Positions 22,823 through 37,131 of a stretch of DNA of 64,000 nt are shown here, in pieces (position 1 is the first letter of the stretch; the number at the start of each line of letters is the position of its first letter). The stretch spans positions 6,758,001 to 6,822,000 of the forward strand of contig JBHGNT010000014.1 of the NCBI GenBank assembly GCA_043228905.1, read 5' to 3'. Below the pieces are notes generated by a model. That model made no database searches. It saw nothing but the letters and a program-made list of their open reading frames with translations, and was not told where the DNA came from. The DNA comes from Azolla caroliniana. Taxonomy: Eukaryota > Plantae > Polypodiophyta. Both the position numbers and the translations under genes were made by a program.

Positions 22823-25800
22823 GACGGATTCTAGTCGGGGGCAGCGAGGCCCGAAAGGAGGGCAAAGACGGATTCTAGTCGGCAATGCTGGAAGGTCTTG
22901 CCGGCGCACGGCTAAGGAAAGATGAAACGGACCGCGCTGAGAGACGGGTCCGGGAAATAACCGGGTGGAACGATCCGGTCGAGGAGAAGACGGGCTTTGT
23001 AGAAGCCGCCTGCCGGAACTACGAGGCTCTGGTTGAAGACAAACGGGTGGGGAAAGCCGGAGCGGCCGGGCCCTCACAACAGTACGAGACCCGATTCGGG
23101 CAACGACGGAACGATGCCGGTGGGTCCAGCCCGCAAGATAACCCCAGGAAGGGCGGATACCGACTGGGGACGGAAATAGAAAGGACTACGGACCTACGAA
23201 AGGTCCTAGAAGAACGGATCCTCGACAGCAAAGTGGAGTTGTCATTGCGAGAGGTGCTAGGGATCGCCAAGAAGGAGTTCCACGACTCCATTGTGGACCT
23301 GGTGAAACGGAAGAGGCTGTCGACGGAGACGGAACCGGAAAGACCGGTGGAGGTGCGGACGACGCACATCGACGACATGGCGCTGGAAGATGAGTGGGCG
23401 GAGAGCCACTATTCAAAGCCGCACTGGGCCCGAGTGACCACGGAGACCCCGGTGAAGATCGGAGATGTTCAGGAACCGGTGGTGGCATTGGTGGACCACT
23501 GTTCGAAAATAAACCTGATGTCCATGGACTTCTATAAGAAGGGAAAGTGGCCGATCAACACCAAGCACGGGTGGAAGATACGGGCGGCGACGCGCGCCAC
23601 CGAGGGACTGCACGGGGCCTGCCCGAACGTGCGAGTCAAGATTGGCGACGTCAAGATTGACCAGCACTTCTTCGTACAGGAGACGTCCTCGCACCCGGTC
23701 ATATTAGGGGAACCATACATCACGGCGGCGCGAATGGAGACCAAGGTGCTGGACAACGGTTCAGCCTACGCAAGGGTCAAAAGCCAGGACGGGCGCCATT
23801 CGGTCCAATTTCTGACGGTGCGGCCGAACCACGAGCGAAACCGCGAATCCCTCGGTGGCGAGAACCGGGAGGATTTTTAGAGAGGGCTGCCAAGGCGTGG
23901 GGCCGAGACAGCCCGGACACTTGGGAAAGACCCCACAGTTGTACGATAGAACCGAAACCGAAGAAACCTTGTGCGATAGGTAGAAAATTCTGCTTCTCCA
24001 ACAACGGAGGGTGTATGATAGCCGGCATCGTTGGCCGAGAAAGGGCAAGGGCGGAGGAGCGACTTCGAGCGTGCGGAGTTCTCGGCCCGGACGAGGAAAT
24101 CAGCGGGGCCGTGGAGGCGGTCTCCTTCGACGACACCTTGGGGATGCTGAGTAAGGTAGCCGAAGAAGACCTTAACGAAGACCGGACGATACCGGTATGT
24201 TTCGAAGAGATGTACGGAGTCATCGCGGACTTCAGTCAGGGGCTCGGGTCGGATCGGACAGCCCGGGTTAGCACAAAAGTACAAGACTGTGGACCGGAAG
24301 GTAAGGCCAGTCGCGGCACCCTCACCGGAGGGCAGCGAGTCCCGAATCAGAGGGGTTGCGTCGGACCCCAGTTTACGAGATCCGGCCTGCATAGGACACA
24401 CCTTCACCGACGGGACACTCCGGGAGCTCAAGATCGGTGGGGGCGGGTTCCTACTACCGGCGGAGGAAGACCGGTTTCGGAGAATGCTCGGAAGGCACGG
24501 GAAAGCCTTCGCGTTCTCGCCGGAAGAGATCGGGTGCGTAGACCCAACGATCGTGGAGCCGATGGTGATATTCACGGTACCGCATGTGCCGTGGAATCTC
24601 AAGCCAATTCCGGTACCAAGAGCTCACATCCCGGAGTTGATGGAGCTACTAAGGCAGAAAGTCGATATGGGTATTCTCGAACCGTCGAGCACGCCATACC
24701 CAAACCGATGGTTTACCGTACCAAAGAAAAACGGAACATTGCGCTTCATTCAGGACCTGCAACCAGTCAACAGAGTGACCATTCGGAACGCAGGAATCGG
24801 ACAGACCATAGACGAGTTCGCGGAGGCCTTCGCCGGAAGGTCGATTTACTCGGTCGGTGATTTGTACTCGGGGTATGACCAGTTCCAGCTAGCCGTGGAG
24901 AGCAGAGACATTACGACGATGCGGACTCCCCTCGGCCTAGTGCGAATGTGTACCCTGCCACAAGGAGGGACCAACTCGGTGGCCCACATGGTGAATGCAA
25001 TGAACAAGGTACTGAGGGATTGCATCCCGGACATCACCATGCCGTTTCTAGACGACATCCCGATCAAGGGGTGCCCGGTGGAAGAGAAGAACGAGACAGT
25101 CGGGCCGGACGGATGCCGGCGATTTGTGGCAACACACATCGACGACTGCGAGAAGGTGCTACAAAGGCTAGAGGATGCGAGGCTCACCTTCTCGGGGGAG
25201 AAATCGGCCTTCGGGCAATCAGAAATTCTGGTGGTCGGACACCTATGTGGACCATATGGCCGGAAGCCGTCTCCGGCAAAGGTAGAAGCCATCTCCGCGA
25301 TGAAGACCGACTGTAGCTCGGTTACGGAAGTTCGGAGGTTCCTGGGGGCATGCGCATTCTACCACATATGGATCCCGCATTACGCCCACGTTGCGGAGCC
25401 GCTATACGGGTTGCTGAAGAAAGGGCGAAAATTCGAGTGGCGAAACGAGCACACGGAGTCGGTCCGGAAGCTGAAGGAAGCTCTTGCGGCAGCACCGGTG
25501 CTCCGGAAGGCTGTCTACGAGAAGGGTACCCCGGTATACATAACGGTGGATACGAGTCCGACCGGGGTCGGATGGGTCGTCAACCAAGAAGACAGGGACG
25601 GCATTCGGTTCCCGATCCGATTCGGCGCAAAGGTCCTCAGTGAGCGACAGCGAGGGTACACCCAGGTTAAACGCGAACTCTGGGGTATCGTTTCGGCAGT
25701 AAAGGCCGACAAAGACTACATGATCGGGATAGAAGTGATTATCGAGATGGATTGCCTGCCAATTCTCGGCATGGTTTCCGGATGCGCGACACCGGACCTA

Positions 25801-26510
25801 GCGATGCTTAGGTGGATAGCGTACATAGTGTCCCTAGATCCGGAAATACGGCACATTTCCGGAAGGACAACGCCATGGCCGACATGCTTTCGAGGGCGAG
25901 GTTTGATGACGAGGGCGGCATGGTTTCGGAGGACGAAGAAGTCGGCGTGGACTTCTTCGAGGCGGCGTACGTGACGATCGATGGGACGAGCACTCCGGCA
26001 CTTAACGACTTCGACGAGAGCAAGTACGACGGCAAGTGGCTACAGATCGGTGGGTTTTTTAGGACAATGACGCCGGATGCGTCATGGACGAGGGACGAGG
26101 CCAACTGGATCCGGAAGAAAGCATACCGATTCTTTCTCCGGGACGGATACTTATGGAAGCACCCGAAGAAGAGGAACGGCGTCCCGCTCCGGGTGGTGGC
26201 AATGAAGGAAGAACAGGAGGAGCTGCTGACGGCCTACCACGACAGCCCTTGGGCTGGTCACCGAGGAACGTGGGCCACGTTCGAGAAGATAAAGGGGAAC
26301 TACTGGTGGCCGGGACTGTACCGGGACGTGCATCTGTTCGTGACAACTTGTGAGAGCTGCCAGATGCACTCCGTAGTCCGACATCGGGACGAGCTTCACC
26401 CTACGTACCCTCCGACCATCCACTTCAAATGGATGGTAGATCTAGTGACGATGCCGATGGGAGTAGGACAGATGCGGTATCTGGTCCTGGCTCGGGAAGA
26501 TCTGACGAAC
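22823..26510 (+). pseudogene. B2 gag C-terminus, protease, frameshift site (23871-23936), RT, RH and integrase N-terminus
   Basis: Colinear with B1; disabling indels near 24278 and 25862; protease motif changed to DHCS. Confidence 0.93.
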
Positions 26511-27181
26511 TGTTGAGAACTCGACGTTCCTTATGTCCGACGCTCGGCCACAACCGAGATTCCTTTCATACACAGAAAAAACAGGTAATGAAACGCGACA
26601 CAAAAGGGAGAAATGGTACACAGGAGGTTTACGTGGAAAACCCCAAAATAGGGAATAAAAACCATGGCAGCCCACAGGCTGCAAACTGTCACTATGTAGG
26701 AATATACAACAGTGAGTTCACTGAGGCAACGACCTCGTGCTCTCAGATCTTCGCCACAGGCGGCGGTTACAACAGAGGCAACGACCTCGTCTCTCTCTCT
26801 CTCTCTCTGTACAGTTACGCGCTCTCTCTTCTTCTTGCACCAACAAGGAAGAATAACAACAACAACTAAAACGACACACATAAAAGTTTGCCCTAAGTCA
26901 TATTTATACTAATATGACTTTTCGGCTATTTACAAATGTAGCCTCGATGGGCTCTCAGAAACATATTTACGAATATGTCTCTTCCTCCGGTTCATACCAG
27001 GCCTGCACCATCCGGCTCTCCGTAGTCGGGTACTCCCCATCCGGTTCATACCGGGTCTACACCATCCGGCTCTCCGCAGTCAGGTACTCCCCATCCGGTT
27101 CATAACGGGCCTACACCATCCGGCTCTCCGCAGTCGGGTACTCCCCATCCGGAGGGACCTGTCTCCCAACAAACTCCCCCT

Positions 27182-29000
27182 TCACTCCGGCATGGGGTGT
27201 CTTTCCAGCCCGATCCTCTTCCGGCATGCGTCCAGCTTGTAGGATGTCAGCACTTTGGTCAGCATATCTGAGCCGTTCTCGGCCGTGTGGATCTTCGTCA
27301 GTGCGAACTCCTGGTCATCTACCCTTTCCCGGATCCAGTGATACCTCCGCTGGATATGCTTCGTCCGGAAATGGTAGGCCGCATTCTTAGCAAGGTGGAT
27401 GGCACTTTGACTGTCGCAGTAGAGTCGGTATTCCTCTTGCCGGATACCGAGCTCTCCGATGAAGTCCTTCATCCATAATATTTCCTTGCCGGCTTCTACA
27501 GTCGCCATGTACTCCGCCTCTGTGGTTGACAATGCAACCGTCTTCTGCAGCCTCGACTGCCACGAAACAGCTCCCCCTGCATATGTCATCACATACCCGG
27601 ATGTAGACCGGCTGGTATCCACATCAGCCGACATGTCCGAATCTGTGAAACCGTCCAGTTGAGGTTTCCCGGAGCCGAATCGGAGACACATATTTGAAGT
27701 GCCCTTCAAATACCGGAGTATCCATTTGACCGCGTTCCAATGCTCCTTGCCGGGATTACTCATGAACCGACTCACCACTCCGACTGCGTATCCAATGTCC
27801 GGTCGGGTACAAACAATTGCGTACATCAAGCTCCCGACGGCAGAGGCATATGGAATCTTCATCATATCTACATTCTCTCCTTTTGTCTTCGGGCTTTGCT
27901 TGCCGGACAACTTGCAGTTTGCCGGAAGTGTCGATCCGACCGGTTTTGCATCTGACATGTTGAACCGGTGAAGCACCTTTGTCACATACTTCTCCTGTGA
28001 CAACCATAATTGCTTCACTGACCGGTCCCGAATGATGTGCATCCCCAACATCTGTCTTGCCGGACCCAAGTCTTTCATTGAGAAGGTCCGGTTGAGAGCC
28101 TTCTTCAGCATCCGTATTTTGCCTTGGTCTCGTCCGACGATCAACATGTCATCCACGTACAGGAGAAGTATCAGGAAATCCCCTCCTTCGAACTTCTTCA
28201 CGAACACGCAGTGATCGGCCTACGTCTTATGGTACCCTTGATCGGTCATGAAGGACTTGAACTTCCGGTACCATTGCCGGGGAGCCTGCTTCAGTCCGTA
28301 CAGGCTCTTCTTCAACCGGCATACCAGGTGCTCCTTCCCTTTCTCCACAAATCCTTCCGGTTGCTGCATGTAGATTTCCTCTTCGAGGTCGCCGTGAAGG
28401 AATGCCGTCTTCACGTCCAGCTGCTCTACCTCGAGATCCATGCTTGCTGCTATACTCAGCACCGTCCGGATGGAGGTCATCTTTACTACCGGGGCGAATA
28501 TTTCGTCGAAGTCCACGCCCTTCTTCTGCTGAAACCCCTTCACCACGATCCTGGCTTTGTATCTCGGGGGGTTGCCGGCATCTCCCGGTTTCAACTTGAA
28601 CACCCACTTGTTTCGGAGTGCCCGCTTTTCTTTCGGCAGCTCCACCAATTCGTACGTATGGTTCTCATGCAGGGAATCCATCTCATCCTGCATGGCACTT
28701 AACCATTTTCCGCTGTGGGTGTCTTCCTTCGCTTCTTCGAAGCTTTTCGGCTCCCCCTCATCGGTCAGCAGGACATGCTCTGCATCCGGAAATCTCCGGG
28801 GCGCCCTTCTCTCTCTGAGAGGATATCTACATCTTCGAGCTTCGGTAACCGGTTCCTCCATTTGCTCTTCATCCGAATCCAATTCGGGGTCTTGACCGGT
28901 TCCGGTCTCAACTTCCTCTACTTCTTCTTCTGCCGGTTCGGTATCCTCACCGTAACCGGCTGTTTCCTCGAGTGCTAACCGGTCTCTTACCGGTTGGGTC
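27182..29000 (-). pseudogene. A2 RT-RNase H
   Basis: YVDD and RH motifs; one premature stop at 28220-28222. Confidence 0.93.
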
Positions 29001-29086
29001 TGTTGGAGACAAAGTCGTCTTTGCGGAAGATCAAGAAGCATTCGATTGTGTTCTGAATACCTGCGTATGACAGTTTGTAGGTCGTT

Positions 29087-29132
<46 letters not shown>

Positions 29133-32100
29133 GCACAAAAGACTTCTTATTCCATAAAGCAATAATACAACACCCAACCTTACAAAAAGGTTACAAGGTC
29201 ACTATATATAGTGACCGACTTAGCGCAACTACCCTTTATGCTAATTACATAAATGGCCAAAACGGGATAGTGTGAATACGTCCATTATACACATGTATTC
29301 GACACTCCCCCGTAATGGGCGTATACATGGGTTATCTAAGATTACAGGTATAGACTTAGGTTCTCGGACATATCAGCTTTGTTCGAGTCGGCAGGGTCCG
29401 AAGGCAGAAGACCGAACTGGTCGGGTCGGAACAGTTGAAGCCGATCATTAAGGAACTGATGTCGGTTGTCGGGAACCATCCTGCTCTGTGTCCGGCTCTA
29501 ACCGGACTGGTTTGTCGTTACGCCCATCTGATGCCGAAGAGACCGAAAACGGTCTGCCGAAAGACACTTGGTCATTCCATCTGCGACATTGTCGGTTGTG
29601 GATATTTTCTCTAGACCGATTTTCCCTGAAATGACGCAGTCCCGAACGAAGTGATATCGAACGTCGATATGTTTGGAGGCGTTGTGGTGAACCGGATTTT
29701 TCGACAAGGCAACAGCACCTTGACTGTCGCTGTAGACAACTGGAGTCGAGTCATGGTCGACTTGTCGAAACGTGTGCGCCAGCCGACCGAGCCACAAAGC
29801 TTCTTTTGCTGCGTCGGACGCAGCTACATATTCTGCTTCGGTCGTTGAGGTCGCTGTGCACTCCTGAAGTTTCGACTTCCACGAGATTGCTCCATTGCCG
29901 AATTTGAAGCAGTATCCGGTTGTTGATTTCCGACTGTCTATACAGCCGGCGAAGTCCGAGTCGGTGTAACCGACTACGCCTGAGGTTCGGTTCGGACCGA
30001 AAAGAATGTCGTGGTCTTTTGTGCCAGCCAGATATCTGAACACATGCTTGACTGCGTTCCAATGCGATCGGCCAGGATTGTGCATAAATCTGCTAACGAC
30101 TCCTACGGCGTGAGAAATATCAGGCCGTGTCGCGACCATCAGGTACATAAGGGAGCCGACTGCCGGTGCATACGGTACCGACTTCATATCTTCCCCCTCC
30201 GGACCGGATGTCGGGCAGTCTCGCTGAGAGAGCCGAAGATTCATGGGGAGCGGGGTTGAAGCAGATTTGGCTGATTGCATGTTGAAGCGTTCTAAGACAC
30301 GTCGGATATAGTCGGTCTAAGACAAGAAAAGATGTCGTTTATCGCGATGCCGACTAATCTTCATGCCAAGGATGTGTCGTGCCGGACCGAGGTCCTTCAT
30401 GGCAAACTTCAACCGCAGTTGCCGAATGAGATCGGCAAGTTCGCCCGCGTGGCGTCCAGAAATTAGCATGTCGTCCACGTAAATGATGAGGAAGATGGGT
30501 GATCCATCTTGAGCTGTGTTGGTAAAGAGACAATGGTCCTCATCGCTTTTTGAGAAGCCGATCGATTGGATGAAGTCGTCGAACTTCTTGTACCATTGTC
30601 GCGGTGCCTGTTTGAGGCCGTATAGACTCTTCCTGAGTCGGCAGACTAGATGTTCTTGGCCAGTTGCCACGAAGCCTTTTGGCTGCTCCATATAAATTTC
30701 CTCTTCAAGATCACCATGGAGGAATGCTGTTTTGACATCTAGCTGAATCAGCTCCAAGTTGTCGGCTGCCACTACGCCGAGTAGAAAACGGAGGGTTGTC
30801 ATTTTCACCACTGGTGAAAAAATCTCGTCGAAGTCGACGCCATATTCTTGTCGGAAGCCCTTCGCAACTAATCTGGCCTTGTACTTTGGGGTGGTCGAAT
30901 CAGACGTCTCTTTTAGTCGATAAACCCACTTGCAAGGAAGAGCACGTCGGTTCCTAGGTAATTCAACCAGATCCCAAGTCTTGTTTGCCCGAATGGAGTG
31001 CATTTCCGACTCCATCGCCAGATGCCAGGTGGCTGAATCGACAGATGTCGATGCTTCTTCGTAAGACGTCGGTTCGCCGGCGTCGGTGAAGAAAATTCCA
31101 GGAGAATACCTCTCCGGAGGTTGCGACAGTCTCTCGGATCGTCGAGGTAAGATTGGACTGGTCGCATCGGGTATCAAGGTCGGATGGTCCGAGAGCGGAT
31201 TGTTCTGCTGTGCCGAGTCGGGGTTGTCCGAGTCGGTAGTGTAAGGTTCAGCTGCCCGTGAAGCTGACCGTGTGTTGAGAGCGGGGCCTTCTTGAAGGGT
31301 CGGCACATCGGAAAATGTTACCCTTCGGACTTCGATCGGTTTTTCGACTGATGGATTCATAGCCGACTCGTTGAACACAACGTCCGAACTTCGAACGATT
31401 TGTCTGCGTTCGGGGTCCCAGAGTCGGTATCCCATTTCGCCGTCGGATCCATATCCAAGGAAAATGCATTTCCTGGACCGAGGTGCAAGTTTTCGGCGAT
31501 CATCTTTCGGAATAAGGGCGTACGCCTCCCATCCGAAGATCCTCAGCTTGTCGTAATTCGGCTTACTGCCGATCCATAGTTCCTGAGGAATTTGAAGTCC
31601 TAGAGGTCTACTTGGCGACATATTGATTATGTGTACTGCCGTGAGTAGAGCCTCTGCCCAGAAGCCATCCGACAGTCCGGAGTGTTGGAGCATGGAAACT
31701 GTCCGTTCTTGGATTGTGCGATTCATGCGTTCGGCAATCCCGTTTTGCTCCGGACTGTGTGGTGCCGTAAATTCACGTCGGATGCCGCGTTGTCGGCAGA
31801 ATTTGACGAATTCTTCGGATTTAAACTCTCCCCCATTGTCTGTCCGAAAGCATTTCAGCTTTCGGTCGGTTTGATTTTCTACCATAGCGAGCCAATCGGT
31901 GAAGATCGAGAAGACCCGATCTTTGGTGCGAATTGGATAAGCCCACACCTTTCGAGTCGAATCGTCAATAAAAGTGACGAAGTAAGAGGCACCGCCGAGA
32001 GACTGATGCGGCATTGGGCCACAGACGTCCGAGTGGACCAAATCGAGAGGTCTCGTTTCTCTTGGTGCTGATGTCGGGTGTGATGCGGCTGCTTGTTTGC

Positions 32101-34269
32101 CATACTGGCAATGCTCGCAGAATTGATGGTCCGAGAAGGAGAGTTTGGGGATGTATCCGGCTCTAGATAGGTGCGTGATGCCGGCCTTGCTGAGGTGTCC
32201 TAATCTTCGGTGCCATAGTGATGACACAGGAATATCCACCAAAAACAGGTTACCCTCTCTGAGCGTAACATGTAACGGATACAGGGAGTGTATCTTGGGT
32301 CCTCTAGCAAGCAGGAGGTTCCCCCTGTGGAGTGTCCACCCTCCCGAAGAAAAACCGGCACGAATGCCGTCTTCATCTAGTTGTCCGACTGAGATCAATG
32401 GCCTTGAGAGCTCGGGTACATGTCGGACATTGTGGAGTACAAGTGTAGAGCCACCTGCAAGGTTGAGCTCTACTGTGCCGATTCCGATGATGTCACAGTG
32501 TTGTGAGTTGCCGACTCGAACTGAGTCGGAGTGACGGATCGTATATTGCCGAAATTGGGATCGATGAGGAGTCACGTGAAATGACGCGCCCGAATCTAAG
32601 AGCCATGTGCTCGATTCTTCAGTCGTGAGTAGAACTTCTGATCCGACTGGATTTTCGATTGATAGTATATTCGGGTCGTCCGGTAGTACATCAGCTGAGA
32701 AGCTGACGTAATTGATCTCCTCATGCCGGCCACTCTTCTTGTTGTTCTTGTTCTTGAGTGCGCGGCAGTCGGCTTTGATGTGTCCGGGTTTCTTGCAATA
32801 GTTGCAGATTCGGTTATCCCGTGACTGGCTCCGTCTTCGCTGATTGTTCGGCGGCCGTGAGGAATCTCTTCCTCGTATGTTCGATCGGTCTGTCGAACCT
32901 TGTACTACGTAAGCGTCGTCTGCTGAGTCTTTGGCGAAAGACTTTCTCCGAGCTGCTTCGGTCAGGATTGCGCTCGTGACTTCGGAGTATTTAACAGCCG
33001 TGGTTGACGCGTTGCACACGGTTGTGACGAAAGTTTCCCATGATGAGGGAAGGCTGCTCATGAGTATCATTGCTCTGAGTTCATCCTCGATTGCCGTCCC
33101 CTGTGACGAGATTTGGGAGCTTATGCTTTCGTACTCATTGAGGTGTGCTTGAACCGAATCGGATTCTTTCATCCGCAAGTTGTAGAGGCGCCGGATCAGA
33201 AACATCTTCGTTGCGGCGACCTTCTTTTCGTAAGTGTCCGACAGTGTTTTCCACAGTTCGAATGTTGTCGTACACGATTGCACCGTAAAGTATACCGATT
33301 CCGATAGGTGCATCCGAATCGTGGCGCGGACAATTCTGTCCAGCTTCTGCCACTCAATTGGTTTGTATCCTTCTGGAGGTTCTTCATTTTCGATGGGATC
33401 GATTTGCCCCTTGACTATGAGATAGTCCTGCATTTGTTCCTTCCAGAAGTTGAAGTTCGATCCATCGAACTTTCGTAGACTCATTTCTGACGAGCCGGAT
33501 GTTGATGCCATCAAATTCGGTTTTGGTTGACGAAGCTCGGTTCGGAGTTGACTACGAACCTTGTTGGAGTGCAGCCGGTTGGCTCACCCGATATCGTTCT
33601 AGTCGGATTTGAACCCGAGTCGGTTCGGCTTCGGAACTTGCTCGAATTGACTCCGGTAGCTTGAGGGACAGAACCGACTGGTCTTCCCGAATGTTGCCGA
33701 GTCGGAGTGAGCCCGGTTCGCTTCGGATATATATGCCGAATACCGATTATTGAAACCGATTATCTGGACCGATTCGGCTTCGGGTGACTGCAGCGACGAG
33801 AGAGATGGATCCAACTGATCCTCTCGAATGTTGATCAGCCGGATGAAGCACGAATTGGGGTTGTTGTCTTGAGACCGATCTGCACCGAGTGGTTACAATG
33901 AGCAGCGAGCAGCGTTTGATGACCTCTTCGGATGCCGTTTAACCGAATGGAGCACGATCGTGTCAAAGTTGCACAAGGGGATTTCACCTCGAGCGGTTAC
34001 GATCACAAGGAACGGAGTACAACCTGCTGGCTTACTCCAAGCAAAGATGATCTAACGCGATGAGATGCAGGCCTCGTTTTTCTTCTTCTTCTCTCTTCTT
34101 CGAATGACGCAGGAAACCGAATGCTGAGACGACGGCCGACAGCGGATTGAAGGACCGACTACTGTGCAGGCTCTGATACCAGATGTTGGAGACAAAGTCG
34201 TCTTTGCGGAAGATCAAGAAGCATTCGATTGTGTTCTGAATACCTGCGTATGACAGTTTGTAGGTCGTT

Positions 34270-34318
<49 letters not shown>

Positions 34319-34493
34319 GAGGCACAAAAGACTTCTTATTCCATAAAGCAATAATACAACACCCAACCTTACAAAAAGGTTACAAGGTCACTATATATAG
34401 TGACCGACTTAGGGCAACTACCCTTTATGCTAATTACATAAATGGCCAAAACGGGATAGTGTGAATACGTCCATTATACACATGTATTCGACA
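29001..34493 (-). mobile_element. Ty1/Copia D, full-length and young
   Basis: LTRs 29001-29304 and 34184-34493, differing mainly in an AG/AGAC microsatellite; TSD gggtc (28996-29000, 34494-34498); Met PBS 34170-34181; PPT from 29305. Confidence 0.97.
29498..33514 (-). pseudogene. D gag-pol with a single premature TAG at 30317-30319
   Basis: 1065-aa ORF (CNYCKKPGHIKADC, LDSGAS, integrase, YVDD) continues in the same frame to RNase H; FLS* replaces the usual LSQ. Confidence 0.93.
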
Positions 34494-35571
34494 GGGTCTG
34501 CTCATTGTAGAGTCTATTCTTACCGGTCGACTCGGAGTTCATTACCTTCTTCTTCAACTCCCAGTCGGCGAGCGTCTTGTCCTCCATGAAGATAATATCT
34601 CGACTCCGGAATACCTTCTTGTCGACTGGGTCCCACACTAGGTAGCCGAACTCATCGGCATGGTTTATCTCACTCTCCTCGGTGATGAGCATCAACTCCT
34701 CTTCACTTGCTGCAATTGTCGTCGTTCCCTTCCGGTCCGGCCCCCTCCGGTCTTTACCGTTCCGGTCTATACCGTTCCGGTTCGGGGTTTGCTTCGAATC
34801 GGTACCGTCGGTTTCCTTGTCTTTACGGAAATGCCGACAGTTCTTTTGGAAGTGTCCCGGCTTGCCGCAATAGAAGCAAGTAGGCCTCCCCCTTGACTTT
34901 GACCGTGTCCCCGACTTCTCCCGGTTCTGGGGACTACGGTTTCTATGTCTTCCGCGTTCCGATTCGGTAAGGAGCGCTTTGGAGTCGGAGCTCGTATCTT
35001 TGTCTTTCCGACGAGCCTCCTCATCTAGCAAGCTCGACTTTACTCTTGCTAGGGATAACCATTTTCCTTCCGGCCCGGCGTTGCCCAAAGTGACAACCAA
35101 CGTCTCCCAGCTATCCAGGAGGGAACCGAGCAGGAGTAGCGCTAGGACCTCATCGGCAAGAGGTACTTCCAATGACGTTGCCTGGTGGATCAGCCCCTGG
35201 AAGGCATTCATATGCTCCGCCATGCTGGAGCCATCTTGGTACCGGAGTCTCACTAGCTTCCGGAATACCGACACCTGATTGACAGCATTTTTGTTCTGGA
35301 ACATTATGCCGATCTTCTCCCAAAGCTCATGAGCCTTGCTCTCTTCATTGAAGTTGTTGTACAGGCTCATGTCGATGAAGCACCGTATGTACGCCGTTGT
35401 TTTCATGTGCATCACCTCCCATATTGCGGCGTCGATTTTGTCCGGTCTCTTGTCCCCGAACTGAATCGGCAGCCAGAGGTCTTTAACCACGAGCATGTCC
35501 CTCATCTTCGACTTCCACACTGAATAGTTGGAGCCGGTGAGCTTGAACATGCCGCCAAATGATTCGTCCAT
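34494..35571 (-). pseudogene. A2 gag fused in frame to the post-integrase linker (protease and integrase deleted)
   Basis: Junction ...EINHA|DEFGY... at ~34656; about 1.17 kb missing relative to A1 (9731-10901). Confidence 0.92.
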
Positions 35572-36262
35572 TTTCTGTGTCGATTTCGCTCTGATACCAA
35601 TTGTTGAGAACTCGACGTTCCTTATGTCCGACGCTCGGCCACAACCGAGATTCTTTTCATACACAGAAAAAACAGGTAATGAAACGCAACACAAAAGGGA
35701 GAAATGGTACACAGGAGGTTTACGTGGAAAACCCCAAAATAGGGAAAAAAAACCACGGCAGCCCACAGGCTGCAAACTGTCACTATGTAGGAATATACAA
35801 CAGTGAGTTCACTGAGGCAACGACCTCGTGCTCTCAGATCTTCGCCACAGGCGGCGGTTACAACAGAGGCAACGACCTCGTCTCTCTCTCTCTCTCTCTG
35901 TACAGTTACGCGCTCTCTCTTCTTCTTGCACCAACAAGGAAGAATAACAACAACAACTAAAACGACACACATAAAAGTTTGCCCTAAGTCATATTTATAC
36001 TAATATGACTTTTCGGCTATTTACAAATGTAGCCTCGATGGGCTCTCAGAAACATATTTACGAATATGTCTCTTCCTCTGGTTCATACCGAGCCTGCACC
36101 ATCCGGCTCTCCGTAGTCGGGTACTCCCCATCCGGTTCATACCGGGTCTACACCATCCGGCTCTCCGCAGTCGGGTACTCCCCATCCGGTTCATAACGGG
36201 CCTACACCATCCGGCTCTCCGCAGTCGGGTACTCCCCATCCGGAGGGACCTGTCTCCCAACA

Positions 36263-37131
36263 CGAACCAGGTGGAAGGCCGAGCCCTTCAGAACAAAACA
36301 ACCGCGGTCGTATGTCGGTTCCTGATTGAGGACGTGATATGTCGGTACGGGTGCGTCGGGAAGATCGTGGTTGATCGCGGGGAGTTGGACGCCGAAGAGG
36401 CCGAGGAAATGTTCGACCGGCTAGGAGTCAAGCTCTCGCTTACCACTGCGTACAATCCGGAGGCGAATGGGAAGGTGGAGCGTGGACACGGACCGATCGT
36501 CAAGGCGTTAGTTCGGACATGCGGAGGACAAGTCGGGAACTGGCCGCGGCTGTTGCCTTACCCGTTGTGGGCGGACCGAACTACGCACAGTTCGGTAACC
36601 GGATTCATGCCGGCAGAGCTCATGTTTGGGCAGAAGCCGATCATGCCGATGGAACGTACGATCTCCTCATGGGCAACCGTGGACTGGAGAGACGAGATGA
36701 GCCGGGAGGAACTGTTGACGGCGCACATACGGCAGCTCGAGTGAAGACCGGAGGACGTGGAGCAGGCTGCGGAAAAGCTTCGGGTGGCAAGGACGAGGAA
36801 CAAAGCCCGGTTCGACCGAACGCACCGGCTCCGACCAAAGAAGATCGAGGAAGGCGACTGGGTGCTAATCTACGACAGCAGCCTCGACAACCAGCACCGA
36901 GCGACACGGAAGTTCGCAAGAAGGTGGTTCGGGCCTTACGTGGTACAAAGCGCCAACGACAACGGGACGTACCATCTGGCGGAACTCGACGGCACGAGAA
37001 TGGCGATACCGGTAGCTGGGAAGCGGGTCAAAGCGTTCAAGAAGTGTCACGATGACGAGCCGGATCCGGATAACCTGGACCGGGACGACGAACGATCCGA
37101 AACTGAAGAAGAACCGACGGGCGGGGAATAA
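36263..37131 (+). pseudogene. B2 integrase core and C-terminus
   Basis: Continues ...EDLTN|QVEGRAL; premature stop at 36742-36744. Confidence 0.93.

Larger units (their letters stand above)
26511..36262 (-). mobile_element. Ty1/Copia A2 (A1 family), internally deleted; host of D
   Basis: 661-bp LTRs 26511-27171 and 35602-36262; TSD cgaac (26506-26510, 36263-36267); PBS 35588-35599; PPT 27172-27181. Confidence 0.96.

Noticed and set aside
30317-30319. Programmed stop-codon readthrough in D
   Set aside because: The stop lies inside RT at a normally conserved Gln; a point mutation is the simpler explanation.
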